From assembly GCA_965116955.1 (NCBI GenBank), contig OZ220742.1:2850222-2914221 (forward strand): 64,000 nt of DNA, written 5' to 3'. This stretch comes from Thermoanaerobaculia bacterium. Its GTDB lineage: Bacteria; Acidobacteriota; Thermoanaerobaculia; Multivoradales; Multivoraceae. The notes under the pieces were generated by a model. The model did no database searches. It had not been told where the DNA came from and worked only from the letters and a program-made list of their open reading frames with translations. The position numbers were made by a program, and so were the translations under genes. Positions 48,261 to 59,550 of the stretch are shown here, piece by piece (the first letter of the stretch is position 1; every line of letters begins with the position of its first letter).

Positions 48261-48728
48261 TCAGGCGATGTCGATCTTCCTCGCCTTCGCCTCCTCGGCC
48301 TTGGGGATGGTGATGTTCAGTACCCCGTGCTCGAACTCGGCGCTCACCGCCGAGACGTCGGTGTCGCTCGGCAGGTTGAAGCGCCGAACGAAGCGGCCGT
48401 AGACCCGCTCGACCCGGTCGGCGGTCGCGCCCTCGTGGCTGGCCTGACGCTCGCCAGACAGCGTGAGGGTGTGGTCCTCGACCGTGAGGTCGATGTCGGC
48501 CTTGGTCAGACCGGGCAGATCGACGGCGAGGGTGTAGGCCTCGTCGGTCTGCGTGAGGTCCGCGGCGGGCCACCAGGTCATGGCGGCGGACTCGGCACCG
48601 TCGTGGCCGGCGACGCGGCTCAGGACAGGTGAGAAGAAGTCGTCGAGCATGGCCTTGCCGAAGAGCGGCTCGAAGGCCCCGATCAGGGGACGGTGGAACG
48701 GAGTGTGTCGAATCAGGCTACGGGTCAT
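48261..48728 (-). CDS. Small heat-shock protein Hsp20
   Basis: DLPGL, LTLSGER, ERVYGRFVRRFNLP, HGVLNITIPK. Confidence 0.95.
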   Translation of the reverse strand: MTRSLIRHTPFHRPLIGAFEPLFGKAMLDDFFSPVLSRVAGHDGAESAAMTWWPAADLTQTDEAYTLAVDLPGLTKADIDLTVEDHTLTLSGERQASHEGATADRVERVYGRFVRRFNLPSDTDVSAVSAEFEHGVLNITIPKAEEAKARKIDIA

Positions 48729-48800
48729 GGTTGTTGCCCTCCTTGGTTGATCGTTCGATTCGGGGTCGGCGCCTGGAGTTCCTGGGGCCGACGACTCAAG

Positions 48801-48829
48801 ATTATGAGTGTATCCGAAGCAGATGTCAA
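48801..48829 (-). promoter_or_regulatory. Sigma70 promoter of hsp20
   Basis: TTGACA-N17-CATAAT on the minus strand. Confidence 0.8.
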
Positions 48830-48864
48830 CTACCTGATCTCTAGAGGCGCATATTTGTGGCGAC

Positions 48865-49641
48865 TCAGTTGGGCAGCGTGACGCCAGTGACGGCGCCGAG
48901 CGTGGGACCGATCTCGGCGTGGAGGACGAGGTCGGCGATGCCGTCGAGGTCGGTCGCTTCGCGGTTCAGGATGACGAGCCTGGCGCCGGCCTGCTTTGCC
49001 AGCGCGGGGAAGCCGGCCGCCGGATAGACGACCAGCGAGCTGCCGATGGCGAGGAAGAGATCGGCGGCCAGCGTCGCTTTGTGGGCGCGCCGCATCGCCT
49101 CTTCCGGCATCGCCTGGCCGAATGAGATCGTGGCCGTCTTGACGATGCCGCCGCAGGCATCGCCGGCCAGGTTCTGCCGTGTGCAGACCGGCAGTTCCTC
49201 GCGATCCCTGAAGGCGGCGACGATCGGCTCCAGCTCGTAGCGCTGCCGGCATTCGAGGCACGCCGCGTAGGTCGCGTTGCCGTGAAGTTCGATCACGTCG
49301 TCGTCGGGAATGCCCGACTGCTGGTGCAGGCCGTCCACGTTCTGCGTGATCACGGCAAGGAGCTTCTCCAGGCGCCGGAGTTCGGCCAGAGCCAGGTGAC
49401 CGCGGTTGGGCTTCGCCTGGCCGATCGTGCGGTCGCTGCCGATCTTGCGCCGCCAGGATTCGCGCCGCGCGTCTTCCGAGGCCATGAACTCGCTGAAGTC
49501 GATCGGCCGGTACTTGGTCCAGATCCCGCCCGGGCTCCGGAAGTCCGGGATGCCGGACTCCGTGCTGATTCCCGCGCCCGTGAAAGCGACGATGCGGGAC
49601 GCTTCTTCGATCAGGCGTTCGAGGTCCTGCGTTTGGCTCAT
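48865..49641 (-). CDS. cobB: NAD-dependent protein deacylase (Sir2 family)
   Basis: GAGISTESGIPDFR, TQNVDGLH, ELHG, Zn-binding Cys, GSSLVVYPAA. Confidence 0.94.
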   Translation of the reverse strand: MSQTQDLERLIEEASRIVAFTGAGISTESGIPDFRSPGGIWTKYRPIDFSEFMASEDARRESWRRKIGSDRTIGQAKPNRGHLALAELRRLEKLLAVITQNVDGLHQQSGIPDDDVIELHGNATYAACLECRQRYELEPIVAAFRDREELPVCTRQNLAGDACGGIVKTATISFGQAMPEEAMRRAHKATLAADLFLAIGSSLVVYPAAGFPALAKQAGARLVILNREATDLDGIADLVLHAEIGPTLGAVTGVTLPN

Positions 49642-49796
49642 TCGTGTCTCCAGGGTTCTTCAGCCGGCGTCGGCGAGTCTACGGGCAGGTGTCTACCGAC
49701 CGGTCGGTCTGTTACACTGCCCCCTTCAGCCCATAGGGAACTGGGCCCGCAACGAAGCTGGACAAAGCCGGCCACGCCGGAGGATAGAGGGTCAGT

Positions 49797-50627
<831 letters not shown>

Positions 50628-50642
50628 CACAGGCCCGAACCC

Positions 50643-51836
50643 ATGTTCGTCGACTTCTTCTACCACTTGAGGGGCTACGGCCTGAAGGTGACGATCACGG
50701 AGTGGCTGTCGCTGATGAGGGCGCTGGCGATCGGCCACAGCCGGGCGGACCTGCACGTCTTCTACAACCTGGCCCGTTGCCTGATGGTCAAGCGGGAGGC
50801 GGACTTCGACAACTACGACCGGGCCTTCGCCTCCTTCTTCATGGGCGTCGAGAACCACTTCGACATCAGCGACGAGCTGCTGGAGTGGCTGTCCAAGCCG
50901 GAACTGCCGCGCGAGCTGACCGACGAGGAGCGCGCGAAGCTCGAGGCGCTCGACCTGGACGAACTCCGTGAGCGCTTCAAGGAGCTGCTCGACGAGCAGA
51001 AGGAGCGGCACGACGGCGGCAACCGCTGGATCGGGACGGGCGGCATGTCGCCCTTCGGCCACGGCGGCGAACACCCGACGGGGGTTCGGATCGGTGGCTC
51101 GGGCGGAGGCCGTTCAGCGGTTCAGGTGGCGACCGACCGCCGCTTCCGGAACCTGCGCTCGGACCGCATCCTGGACACCCGGCAGATCGGACTGGCGCTG
51201 CGCCGGCTGCGCAAGCTGGACAAGGACGAGGGGCCCGAGGAGCTCGATATCGACGAGACGATCGACAGCAGCGCCCGCAACGCCGGCGAGATCGACCTCG
51301 TGTTCCGACCGCCCAAGCGCAACCGGATCAAACTGCTGCTGCTGATCGACGTGGGCGGCTCGATGGACCCGCATACCCTGCTCTGCGAGAGGCTGTTCTC
51401 CGCCGCCCACAAGGCGAACCACTTCAAGAAGTTCGAGTTCAAGTTCTTCCACAACTGCGTGTACGAGAACCTGTACACGGACATCAGCCGGTGGAAGGGC
51501 GAAGCGACCTCCCAGATCCTGAAGCGCCTGGATCACACCTGGTCCGTGTGCCTGGTCGGGGACGCCTGGATGAGCCCGTACGAGCTGACCCATACCGGTG
51601 GCGCGATCGACTACTACCACACGAACCAGGTCACCGGCCTCGACTGGCTCCGCAAGTTCCGCGACCGCTGTCCGAACTCGATCTGGCTCAACCCGGAACC
51701 GCGGCGCATCTGGAACGCGCCGACGATCCACCTGATCCGGCAGGTGTTCCCGATGTTCGAGTTGACGATCGACGGTCTGACCGAGGGCATCGACGTGCTC
51801 CGCGGCATCCGGCCGAATCGCGCGCTCGCCGCCTGA
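50643..51836 (+). CDS. VWA CoxE-like protein
   Basis: WIGTGG.SPFG, ELDIDETI, DVGGSM, FHNC, VGDA.MSPYE, WLNPEP. Confidence 0.9.
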   Translation: MFVDFFYHLRGYGLKVTITEWLSLMRALAIGHSRADLHVFYNLARCLMVKREADFDNYDRAFASFFMGVENHFDISDELLEWLSKPELPRELTDEERAKLEALDLDELRERFKELLDEQKERHDGGNRWIGTGGMSPFGHGGEHPTGVRIGGSGGGRSAVQVATDRRFRNLRSDRILDTRQIGLALRRLRKLDKDEGPEELDIDETIDSSARNAGEIDLVFRPPKRNRIKLLLLIDVGGSMDPHTLLCERLFSAAHKANHFKKFEFKFFHNCVYENLYTDISRWKGEATSQILKRLDHTWSVCLVGDAWMSPYELTHTGGAIDYYHTNQVTGLDWLRKFRDRCPNSIWLNPEPRRIWNAPTIHLIRQVFPMFELTIDGLTEGIDVLRGIRPNRALAA

Positions 51837-51910
51837 CGCGGGGAACTATCGCCGGCCGCGGCGCGGTGCCGGCGGAATGACGGGCGGATCCGAGGGGTTA
51901 CACTGTCCCA

Positions 51911-52855
51911 ATGGACGACAAGCCCACGGGCGGAGATCGGCCTGAGGAGACGTTGCCGGAGGACACGCGGCCGCGTGAAGGGGAACCGGACGTTGGCGGT
52001 CCGCGCTTCGACCTGCCCCTGGACCTGGGCGAAGAGGGGGGCGCTCCCCCCGAAGACGAGCCGGCGGAACGTTCCGGCACGATAGCGGTCATCGTCATCG
52101 CGGCCTTGATCGTGATCGGCGCGGGGGTCGTTCTCTGGTGGTGGTACACGAGCCGCGGGGGCGGCACGGACGGCGCAGGCGCGGGGGAGGCCCCGGCGGC
52201 AGTCGTCGATGAGGCGGCCTCCGAAGCGGAGGCGGAGTCCGAACCGCCCGCCGAACCGGCCGCGCCGGCGCCCGAGCCCCAGCTGGACCTGCTCGGCAGC
52301 GACTCCCTGGTGCGGGAGATCATCGGCGGCCTGTCCCGGCACGCGGAGTGGGTCGCCTGGCTCGCTCCCGAGGAGCTGGCCATCAGCTTCGTCCGCTCGG
52401 TAGGCGCCGTCGCCTACGACGAGCCGCCGCAGAACAGCCTCGAGCCGTTGCGCCCCGAGGACGGCTTCAGCGTTGTCCGGCGCGGACAGCGCTTCTATCC
52501 GGCGGAGACGAGCTACCGCCGCTACGACCTGGCGGTGGAGGTGTTCGATTCGATCGATGTCGCCGGAGCGGCCGGAGCCTACGAGCGGCTCGAGCCGTTG
52601 TTCGAGCGGGCCCACGACGAGCTCGGGTTACCGGGGGAGTTCGGCGACACCCTCGAGCTCGCCATGACCAAGATCCTCTCGACTCCGACGCCGGAATCCC
52701 CGCCCGAACTTCGCCTGCGGGTGATCAGCTTCGAGTACGTCGATCCGGAACTCGAGGGCCTGAGCCCGGCTCAGAAGCTGCTCCTGCGGCTGGGGCCCGA
52801 CAACGGCGAACGGGTACGGTCCAAGCTCAGGGAGCTCTACGGAGCGCTCGAGTAA
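51911..52855 (+). CDS. DUF3014 domain membrane-anchored protein
   Basis: Single TM, Pro/Ala/Glu linker, SYRRYD, YVDPELEGLSPAQKLLLRLGPDN. Confidence 0.85.
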   Translation: MDDKPTGGDRPEETLPEDTRPREGEPDVGGPRFDLPLDLGEEGGAPPEDEPAERSGTIAVIVIAALIVIGAGVVLWWWYTSRGGGTDGAGAGEAPAAVVDEAASEAEAESEPPAEPAAPAPEPQLDLLGSDSLVREIIGGLSRHAEWVAWLAPEELAISFVRSVGAVAYDEPPQNSLEPLRPEDGFSVVRRGQRFYPAETSYRRYDLAVEVFDSIDVAGAAGAYERLEPLFERAHDELGLPGEFGDTLELAMTKILSTPTPESPPELRLRVISFEYVDPELEGLSPAQKLLLRLGPDNGERVRSKLRELYGALE

Positions 52856-52860
52856 CCCGG

Positions 52861-54429
52861 TCAGCCGGCGGCGGTGCGCTGAGCTTCGGCATACCTGGGC
52901 AGCATCGCGTCATAGATCGCAGTCGCCTCCGGCCCTGGTTCGGCGGCAGGACCGGCGCCGCCGGCCGGTGGCAGGGGAGGTAGTCGTTGCCCGGTGGCGC
53001 GAAGCGCGGCGCCGAGGGCGGCGCCGTCCGTTACCTCGAGGCTCTCGACACGGCAGCCGAGAACGTCGGCAGCGATCTGCAGGAGTTCGCGGTTCCGCGA
53101 GCCTCCGCCGGTGGCGACGAGTCGCTCCGGCCGGGTCGCCATCCACTCGGAGTTGAGCCGCATCGACAGGAACTGGCCTTCGACCACCGCCCGGCAGTTC
53201 CGGGCGGCCTGCTCCGGTTCGTCTCGCAGTCCGCCCAGCCGGTGGACATTGGGGTTTGCTACGCGCGGCACGATCTCGGGTTCGAACCAGGGCAGCATCA
53301 TCATGCCGTTGTTGCCCGGCGGTGTTGCCCGCAGGGCGGCGTCGAAGCCCGGCCAGTCCAGTCCGTACCGGTCCCGCACCGCCTCGCGAGCGAGCGAGCC
53401 GTTGCGGAAGCAGATCAGGCTCATCGGGTGCCCGCTCGGGGCGATGAACACGTGTCCGTTCGCCTCCGGGTCGACCGCGACCTCCTTCAGGAGCCCGAAG
53501 TAGGTGTCGCTCGTGCCCAGGCTCAGGACCGCCTCGCCCGGTTCCCGGACGCCGACGCCGACCAGGGAGCAGGGGTTGTCGCCCGAGCCGGCGACGACCT
53601 GTGCCGAGGTCGGCAGGCCGTACCGGGAGACGTAGTAGGGCGCGACCGGTCCGACCACCGTCCAGGGCGCGCAGGTCGGCGGCAGTTTGCGGTCGAGCCC
53701 TGCCGCCGTTGCCGCCGTTGCGGCCTCGGACCATTCGCGCCGGCGGATGTCGAGCAGGTTCATCCCGGAGCCGTCGCCGTGGTCGATCGGCGCCAGCCTT
53801 CCGGCCAGGACCGACGTGACGAAGGAGCTGACCAGACAGACGTGGGCCGTACGGGCCCACGCCTCGGGTTCGGTCCGCGCGAAGCGGCGGATCTGGGGGC
53901 CGGTGAAGCGTTCGAAGGTGTCGCTTCCCGTCAGTTCGGCGACCGCGTGCGGTCCGCCGAGTGCTTGCCGGATCTCCTCGCATTCCCGTGTGGTCGAGGA
54001 GTCGGTCCAGATCGGCGCTTCGGGGCGGGCCAGGACAGGTTCGATCTGCTCGGCAACGTTCTGCCTGGGGGTCAGGGACTGAAGTGCGGCCTGGGCCCCT
54101 GGTCGGAGGTAGACGGAACCGTGCTGCTGACCCGATACCGACACGCCGCGGATACCGCGGCAGGCTCCGGAACCGAGTTTCTTCAGGGCCAGATCCAGGG
54201 CTTCCAGCCACATGCGCGGCGGTACCCGGCCGATCGCCGGGTCGTCGCTCGGGAGCTGGCCGTTGACGGTTCCGTAGTGAGGAAGTTCCGAGTCGTAGTG
54301 GACGCCCGCGCGACCGGCGATGTCTTCGGCCCGGACTTCGCTGTCGCTGCCCGTTGGCGTGACTTCGACCAGAAGCGCCGTCAGACTCTGGGTGCCGACG
54401 TCGATTCCAAGGTAGAAGGCGCCGCTCAC
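52861..54429 (-). CDS. xylB: Xylulokinase (FGGY family, eukaryote-type)
   Basis: YLGIDVGTQS, SGQQHGSVY, ERFTGPQIR, GSGMNL, GDNP, SLGTSDT, RNGSLARE; GTGA overlap with xylA. Confidence 0.9.
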   Translation of the reverse strand: MSGAFYLGIDVGTQSLTALLVEVTPTGSDSEVRAEDIAGRAGVHYDSELPHYGTVNGQLPSDDPAIGRVPPRMWLEALDLALKKLGSGACRGIRGVSVSGQQHGSVYLRPGAQAALQSLTPRQNVAEQIEPVLARPEAPIWTDSSTTRECEEIRQALGGPHAVAELTGSDTFERFTGPQIRRFARTEPEAWARTAHVCLVSSFVTSVLAGRLAPIDHGDGSGMNLLDIRRREWSEAATAATAAGLDRKLPPTCAPWTVVGPVAPYYVSRYGLPTSAQVVAGSGDNPCSLVGVGVREPGEAVLSLGTSDTYFGLLKEVAVDPEANGHVFIAPSGHPMSLICFRNGSLAREAVRDRYGLDWPGFDAALRATPPGNNGMMMLPWFEPEIVPRVANPNVHRLGGLRDEPEQAARNCRAVVEGQFLSMRLNSEWMATRPERLVATGGGSRNRELLQIAADVLGCRVESLEVTDGAALGAALRATGQRLPPLPPAGGAGPAAEPGPEATAIYDAMLPRYAEAQRTAAG

Positions 54430-55769
54430 TCGATGCGGGTGCTGTACAGGTAGTCGTTCAGGATGCTCTCGAGTTCTTCCTGACGCCCGCTCGTCTTGGG
54501 CGGCTCGCCGAGCCTGCCGGCCCACTGTTCCAGCTCCTCGAGAGTGGTGTCGCCGGCGAGGGCCTTGCGTCCCAGTCCGCGGCGGTAGCCGGCGTAGCGC
54601 TGGCGGATTCGCTTGCCGGCGAGGCCGAGCACGCCGTCCTTCCGGATGCGTTCGACGATCAACAGCGCCCTGGCGAAGATGTCCATCGAGGCGACGTGGG
54701 CGTAGAACAGGTCGATCGTGTCGAACGAGCCGCGCCGCACCTTGGCGTCGAAGTTCAGGCCGCCCCAGCGGAGCCCGCCCTGGCCCCGGATGATGAGCAG
54801 CGCCAGGACGCACTCGCGCAGGCTCATCGCGAAGTTGTCCGTGTCCCAGCCGACGCCCTCGAGACCGCGGTTGATGTCGACGCTGCCGAGCATGCCGGCG
54901 CCGGCGCCGGTCGCCAGCTCGTGCTCGAACGAGTGGGTGGCCAGCGTCGCGTGGTTCGCCTCGACGTTCAGCAGGAAGTCGTCCGTCAGGTCGAACTCGC
55001 GCAGGAAGTTCAGGCAGTGGCCACAGTCGAAGTCGTACTGGTGGACCGACGGTTCCTTCGCCTTGGGCTCGAGGAAGAACTTGCCCTTGAAGCCCTGACG
55101 GCGCGCGTAGTCGACGGCGAGTCGCAGGAAGGCCGCCATCTGCTCGCGCTCGCGGCGGATGTCCGTGTTGATCAGCGACGTGTAGCCCTCGCGGCCGCCC
55201 CAGAACACGTAGCCGGTGCCGCCGAGTTCGATCGTGGCGTCGATCGCCCGCCGCACCTGGGCGGCGGCGTGGGCGAAGACCCGCGGGTCGGGGTTGGTCG
55301 CCGCGCCGTGGGTGTAGCGCGGGTGTGAGAACAGGTTGGCGGTGCCCCAGAGCAGCTTGACGCCGGTCTCCCGCTGCCTGATCCTGGCCAGTTGGACGAT
55401 CTCGTCGAGGTACTCGTTGCTCTCCGCGATCGATCGGCCTTCGGGGGCGATGTCCCGGTCGTGGAAGCAGTAGTAGCGCACCCCGAGCTTGGTGAAGAAC
55501 TCGAACGCCGCGTTCAGGGTGCGGACGGCCACTTCGATCTCCGTCGGCGCGTGGTTCCACGGCCGGTCGTACACCGGATCGGGCCCGAACGGGTCCTGGC
55601 CGCCGCCCTTGAACGTGTGCCAGTAGGCGACGGCGAACTTCAGGTGCCGCTCCATCGTCCGGTTGCCGACCTTCCGGTCGCGGTCGTAGTACTTGAACGC
55701 CAGCGGCTCGCGGCTGTCCGGACCGTGGAAGGGGATCGGTTTGCTGACCTCGGGGAAGAAGGGCGTCAT
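54426..55769 (-). CDS. xylA: Xylose isomerase (class II)
   Basis: VAYWHT, CFHDRD, FWGGREGY, EPK..EP..HQYD, EANHATLA, WDTD, GGLNFDAK; start 55769 or 55808. Confidence 0.96.
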   Translation of the reverse strand: MTPFFPEVSKPIPFHGPDSREPLAFKYYDRDRKVGNRTMERHLKFAVAYWHTFKGGGQDPFGPDPVYDRPWNHAPTEIEVAVRTLNAAFEFFTKLGVRYYCFHDRDIAPEGRSIAESNEYLDEIVQLARIRQRETGVKLLWGTANLFSHPRYTHGAATNPDPRVFAHAAAQVRRAIDATIELGGTGYVFWGGREGYTSLINTDIRREREQMAAFLRLAVDYARRQGFKGKFFLEPKAKEPSVHQYDFDCGHCLNFLREFDLTDDFLLNVEANHATLATHSFEHELATGAGAGMLGSVDINRGLEGVGWDTDNFAMSLRECVLALLIIRGQGGLRWGGLNFDAKVRRGSFDTIDLFYAHVASMDIFARALLIVERIRKDGVLGLAGKRIRQRYAGYRRGLGRKALAGDTTLEELEQWAGRLGEPPKTSGRQEELESILNDYLYSTRIE

Positions 55770-55794
55770 CTCAGGGCTCGCTCCGCGCGTTCCG

Positions 55795-56790
55795 TCAGTT
55801 GTCTTCAAAGGCGGCGTCGAAGGCGATCGCGGAGGGGGCGAAGTCGAGCGCCCTGACGAACTCCGCCGCCTCGGCGGCGCCGTGCTCGCGGTCCATGCCG
55901 GAGTCCTCCCACTCGACCGAAAGCGGACCGTCGTAGCCGATGTCGTTCAGCGCCCGGATGATCTCCTCGAAGTCGACCGAGCCGCGGCCGGGGGAGCGGA
56001 AGTCCCAGAAGCGGCGGTGGTCGCCGAAGTTCGTGTGGCCGCCGAAGACACCGCATGGCTTCGGCTGGTCGGACCACCAGGCGTCCTTGATGTGGACGTG
56101 GAAGATGCGGTCGCTGAAGCGGCGGATGAAGTCGACGTAGTCGACGCCCTGGTAGCCGAGGTGGCTCGGGTCGTAGTTGAAGCCGAAGGCGGGATGACCG
56201 CCCAGTGCTTCGATGGCGCGCTCCGCGCTCACCGTGTCGAAGGCGATCTCGGTCGGATGGACCTCGAGGCCGAAGCGGACGCCGAGTTCCCGGTAGGCGT
56301 CGAGGATCGGCGTCCAGCGGGCGGCGAAGTCGGCGAAGCCGTCGTCGATCATCGCCGGCGGCACCGGCGGGAAGGAGTAGAGCAGGTGCCAGATCGAGCT
56401 GCCGGTGAAGCCGTTCACGACGGAAAGGCCCAGGGCCTTGGCGGCCTCGCCGGTGCGGATCATCTCGTCGGCGGCGCGCTTGCGGACATCTTCCGGGTCG
56501 CCGTCGCCCCAGACGTGAGGCGGCAGGATCGCCTCGTGCCGGGCGTCGATGCGGTCGCAGACCGCCTGGCCCACCAGGTGGTTGCTGATCGCGTGGAGCT
56601 CGAGATCGTTCGAGGCGAGCAACTCGCGCCTGGAGGACGCGTAGGCCCGATCGCAGCGGTCGACCTCCACGTGGTCGCCCCAGCAGGCGAGTTCCACGCC
56701 GTCATAGCCGAGGTCTCGGGCCAGGGGGCAGAGGTCGGCCAGGCCTAAGTCGGCCCACTGGCCGGTGAACAGGGTTACGGGTCGGGCCAC
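55795..56790 (-). CDS. AP_endonuc_2 TIM-barrel sugar isomerase/epimerase/eliminase
   Basis: [36 protein letters not shown]. Confidence 0.9.
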   Translation of the reverse strand: MARPVTLFTGQWADLGLADLCPLARDLGYDGVELACWGDHVEVDRCDRAYASSRRELLASNDLELHAISNHLVGQAVCDRIDARHEAILPPHVWGDGDPEDVRKRAADEMIRTGEAAKALGLSVVNGFTGSSIWHLLYSFPPVPPAMIDDGFADFAARWTPILDAYRELGVRFGLEVHPTEIAFDTVSAERAIEALGGHPAFGFNYDPSHLGYQGVDYVDFIRRFSDRIFHVHIKDAWWSDQPKPCGVFGGHTNFGDHRRFWDFRSPGRGSVDFEEIIRALNDIGYDGPLSVEWEDSGMDREHGAAEAAEFVRALDFAPSAIAFDAAFEDN

Positions 56791-56818
56791 GGTGCGTCTC
56801 CTACGAGTTGTTGCCGTG

Positions 56819-57976
56819 TCAGGCCGGCATGCTGAGCCATTTCCGGTCGCTTTCGCTGCTCGCGACGACGGTCTCGATGAACTGCATTCCGCGCAGGCCG
56901 TCGTAGACGGTGGGGAAGTCGAGCATGGTGGCGTCGGGCTCGACCCGGCGGCGGCGGCAGTCCAGCGTCTGTGCGAAGTTCCGGTACAGGTTGGCGAAGG
57001 CCTCGAGGAAGCCCTCGGGGTGTCCGGCCGGCAACCTCGTGTGCGCCGCCGCGTCGTCGGAGAGCCCCTGGCCTGAGGTGCGCAGGATCTCCCGCGGCCG
57101 GTCGAGCCACTTGAGGATCAGGGTGTTCGGCTCCTCCTGGCGCCACTCCAGGCCGCCCGACTCACCGTAGACCCGGATGGCGAGGGCGTTCTCCTCGTCG
57201 ATCGAGATCTGGGACGCGTAGAGGACGCCGCGCGCGCCGTTGCCGAAGCGCAGCAGCATGTTGCCGTCGTCCTCGAGCGGCCGGCCGTCGACGAAGGTCG
57301 TCAGGTCCGCGCACAGCGACTCGATGCGGAGCCCGGTGATCGCTTCGGCGAGGTTCTCCGCGTGGGTGCCGATGTCGCCGATGCAGCAACTGATCCCGGC
57401 GCGTTCCGGGTCCGTGCGCCAGTCCGCCTGCTTCTGGCCCTCCGATTCGAGCTGGGTGGCGAGCCAGCCCTGCGGATACTCGACGACGATCTTCCGGACT
57501 TTGCCGAGCTGGCCGCTGCGAACCCGGTGCCGGGCCTCCTTGACCATCGGGTAGCCGGTGTAGTTGTGGGTCAGCCCGAAAGTGAGGCCGGTTCGTTCCA
57601 CGAGTTCGACCAGCGCTTCCGCCTCGGCCGCCGACTTCGTCATCGGCTTGTCGCTCATCACGTGAAAACCGGCTTCGAGGGCAGCTTTCGCCACCGGGAA
57701 GTGCATGTGGTTGGGCGTGACGATGGAGACGAAGTCCATCCGTTCGGCCGGGTCGAGGGCGGCCTCGCGCTCCATCATCTCCTGGTAGGTGCCGTAGCAG
57801 CGTTCCGGAGGCAGGAAGAGCTCGGCGCCGGACGCGCGCGAACGCTCCGGGTCCGAGCTGAAGGCGCCGCAGGCGAGCTCGATCAGGCCGTCCAGTCCGG
57901 CCGCCATGCGGTGAACGGCGCCGATGAAGGCGCCCTGGCCGCCGCCGACCATGCCCATGCGGATCTTCCGTTCCAT
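56819..57976 (-). CDS. Gfo/Idh/MocA family NAD-dependent oxidoreductase
   Basis: [42 protein letters not shown]. Confidence 0.93.
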   Translation of the reverse strand: MERKIRMGMVGGGQGAFIGAVHRMAAGLDGLIELACGAFSSDPERSRASGAELFLPPERCYGTYQEMMEREAALDPAERMDFVSIVTPNHMHFPVAKAALEAGFHVMSDKPMTKSAAEAEALVELVERTGLTFGLTHNYTGYPMVKEARHRVRSGQLGKVRKIVVEYPQGWLATQLESEGQKQADWRTDPERAGISCCIGDIGTHAENLAEAITGLRIESLCADLTTFVDGRPLEDDGNMLLRFGNGARGVLYASQISIDEENALAIRVYGESGGLEWRQEEPNTLILKWLDRPREILRTSGQGLSDDAAAHTRLPAGHPEGFLEAFANLYRNFAQTLDCRRRRVEPDATMLDFPTVYDGLRGMQFIETVVASSESDRKWLSMPA

Positions 57977-58037
57977 CGCGTGCTCCCCGTTGGTGCGAGC
58001 CGGGAGCGTACCGCAAAGGAGGCCGCGGTTGGCGGCG

Positions 58038-59480
58038 CTATTCCGCTGTCAACTGAGCCCCTTCTTCGATCGCGTAGAGCTCCGAACGGGTCGCCACGTA
58101 GAGGACGCCGTCCTTGGCGAGGGGTGTCGTGTAGACCGCTCCCTCCATGAACACCTCGTTGATCAGGTTCTCTTCACGACCGGTCGCGAGGATCGCGACC
58201 TCGCCGTCCTCGTCTCCGATGTAGATCTTGCCGTCGACGACGAAGGTCGAACCCCAGATCGCCGCGTATGCATGGTGCATCCACTGGAGTTCGCCGGTCT
58301 CCTCGTCGAAGCAATAGATGTGGCCGGACAGGTCGGCGATGTAGACCAGGCCGTCATGGATGGACGCGGTCGACATCGTGCGCTGGAAGTCCTCGCCGCC
58401 GACGTGCCAGATCTGGCCCGACTCGGTGATATCGCCGGTTCCGGAGGCGTCGATCTTGTAGAAGTGTCCGGGGCCTTCGCCGTGCTCCGGGTCCTGGCCG
58501 ACGCCGATGTAGACAACGCCGTGGTGGAAGACCGGCGTGGAGATGATGTTGTTCCGGGTGCCCTTGCCGCCGAGTACCCACACGGACTCCTTGGGATTCG
58601 CGTCGAAGGTCCAGATGAGTTCGCCCGTGTCCGGCGCGAAGGAGTAGACGACGCCCTCGCCGCCCGGGATGACAATCTGGCCGCGGCCTCCGGCCACACC
58701 GTAGGCGGGGTTCGACCAGGTTCCGTGGAGGATGCTCTCGCCCGGGTGGGCGCTCTCCCAGACCAGTTCGCCGGTGTGCTTGTTCAGTGCCACGAAGCTC
58801 GGACCAAGCGGAGAGGGGATGTTGATGTGCCCCTCGTCGACGCCCTGGCCGGTGGTCGCCACGACGACGTCGCCGACGACCAGGGGCGACCCGGCGGCTA
58901 GATTGTGAGGGAAGACGTCGAGTTCGGCGATCGTGTCGTAGATCCAGAGGATGTCGGCGTCCTGTTCGTGGCTGTACTGCTCGTCCTGCATGCCGTCGTT
59001 GCCGTCCGCGAAGCCGTCGACGTCGACCGCAACGAACTCTCCCCGGTTGGACACGTAGTAGGCGACGCCGTCCTCGATGTAGGGAGTCGAGCAGATGCCC
59101 TGGAGCGGCCAGTCGTTGACCCGTCCGGCCGGCAGCTTGTCGTGCGTGGCCTGCCACAGCATCTCGCCGTCGCTCTCGCGGAAGGCGATCAGGATCCCCT
59201 TGTCGCCGACGATGCCGGGACGGCGTTCGCCCTCGTTGTTCGTGCCGACGAAGACCTTGCCGTCGTAGATGATCGGCCCGGCATAGGTCTGGGAGCCGAG
59301 CTTCTGCTTCCACTTGATGTTCTTGCCGGACAGGATGTCCCAGTCGGTCGGGACCCCGGTCTCGGTCGACACCATGTTGCGCGAAGGGGTCAGGCCGAAC
59401 ATGGCCGGCGGGTCCTCCGCCAGCGCCGCAGCGGCTCCGGTCGAGATCAGGAACGCTGCTACAACGGTCCCCTTTTTCAT
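58038..59480 (-). CDS. Secreted PQQ-like beta-propeller protein
   Basis: Signal peptide, NIKWKQKLGSQ, GICSTP, repeated TGELxW blades. Confidence 0.88.
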   Translation of the reverse strand: MKKGTVVAAFLISTGAAAALAEDPPAMFGLTPSRNMVSTETGVPTDWDILSGKNIKWKQKLGSQTYAGPIIYDGKVFVGTNNEGERRPGIVGDKGILIAFRESDGEMLWQATHDKLPAGRVNDWPLQGICSTPYIEDGVAYYVSNRGEFVAVDVDGFADGNDGMQDEQYSHEQDADILWIYDTIAELDVFPHNLAAGSPLVVGDVVVATTGQGVDEGHINIPSPLGPSFVALNKHTGELVWESAHPGESILHGTWSNPAYGVAGGRGQIVIPGGEGVVYSFAPDTGELIWTFDANPKESVWVLGGKGTRNNIISTPVFHHGVVYIGVGQDPEHGEGPGHFYKIDASGTGDITESGQIWHVGGEDFQRTMSTASIHDGLVYIADLSGHIYCFDEETGELQWMHHAYAAIWGSTFVVDGKIYIGDEDGEVAILATGREENLINEVFMEGAVYTTPLAKDGVLYVATRSELYAIEEGAQLTAE

Positions 59481-59550
59481 GCTCTGCTCCTCGGGATCAG
59501 TGGATGCGTCGTGCCCTCTCTGGCTATCCAAGTGGTCGAGCGTCAGGTGC

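Noticed and set aside
48865-49641. Sir2 as an anti-phage NADase
   Set aside because: Compact Zn-binding CobB-type sirtuin with no defence partner genes.
54430-55560. Apparent 899-aa xylB or xylA-xylB fusion
   Set aside because: Different frame from xylA; xylB starts at the GTGA overlap. The same artefact extends ORFs 21859-23523, 38857-40986 and 45849-47348.
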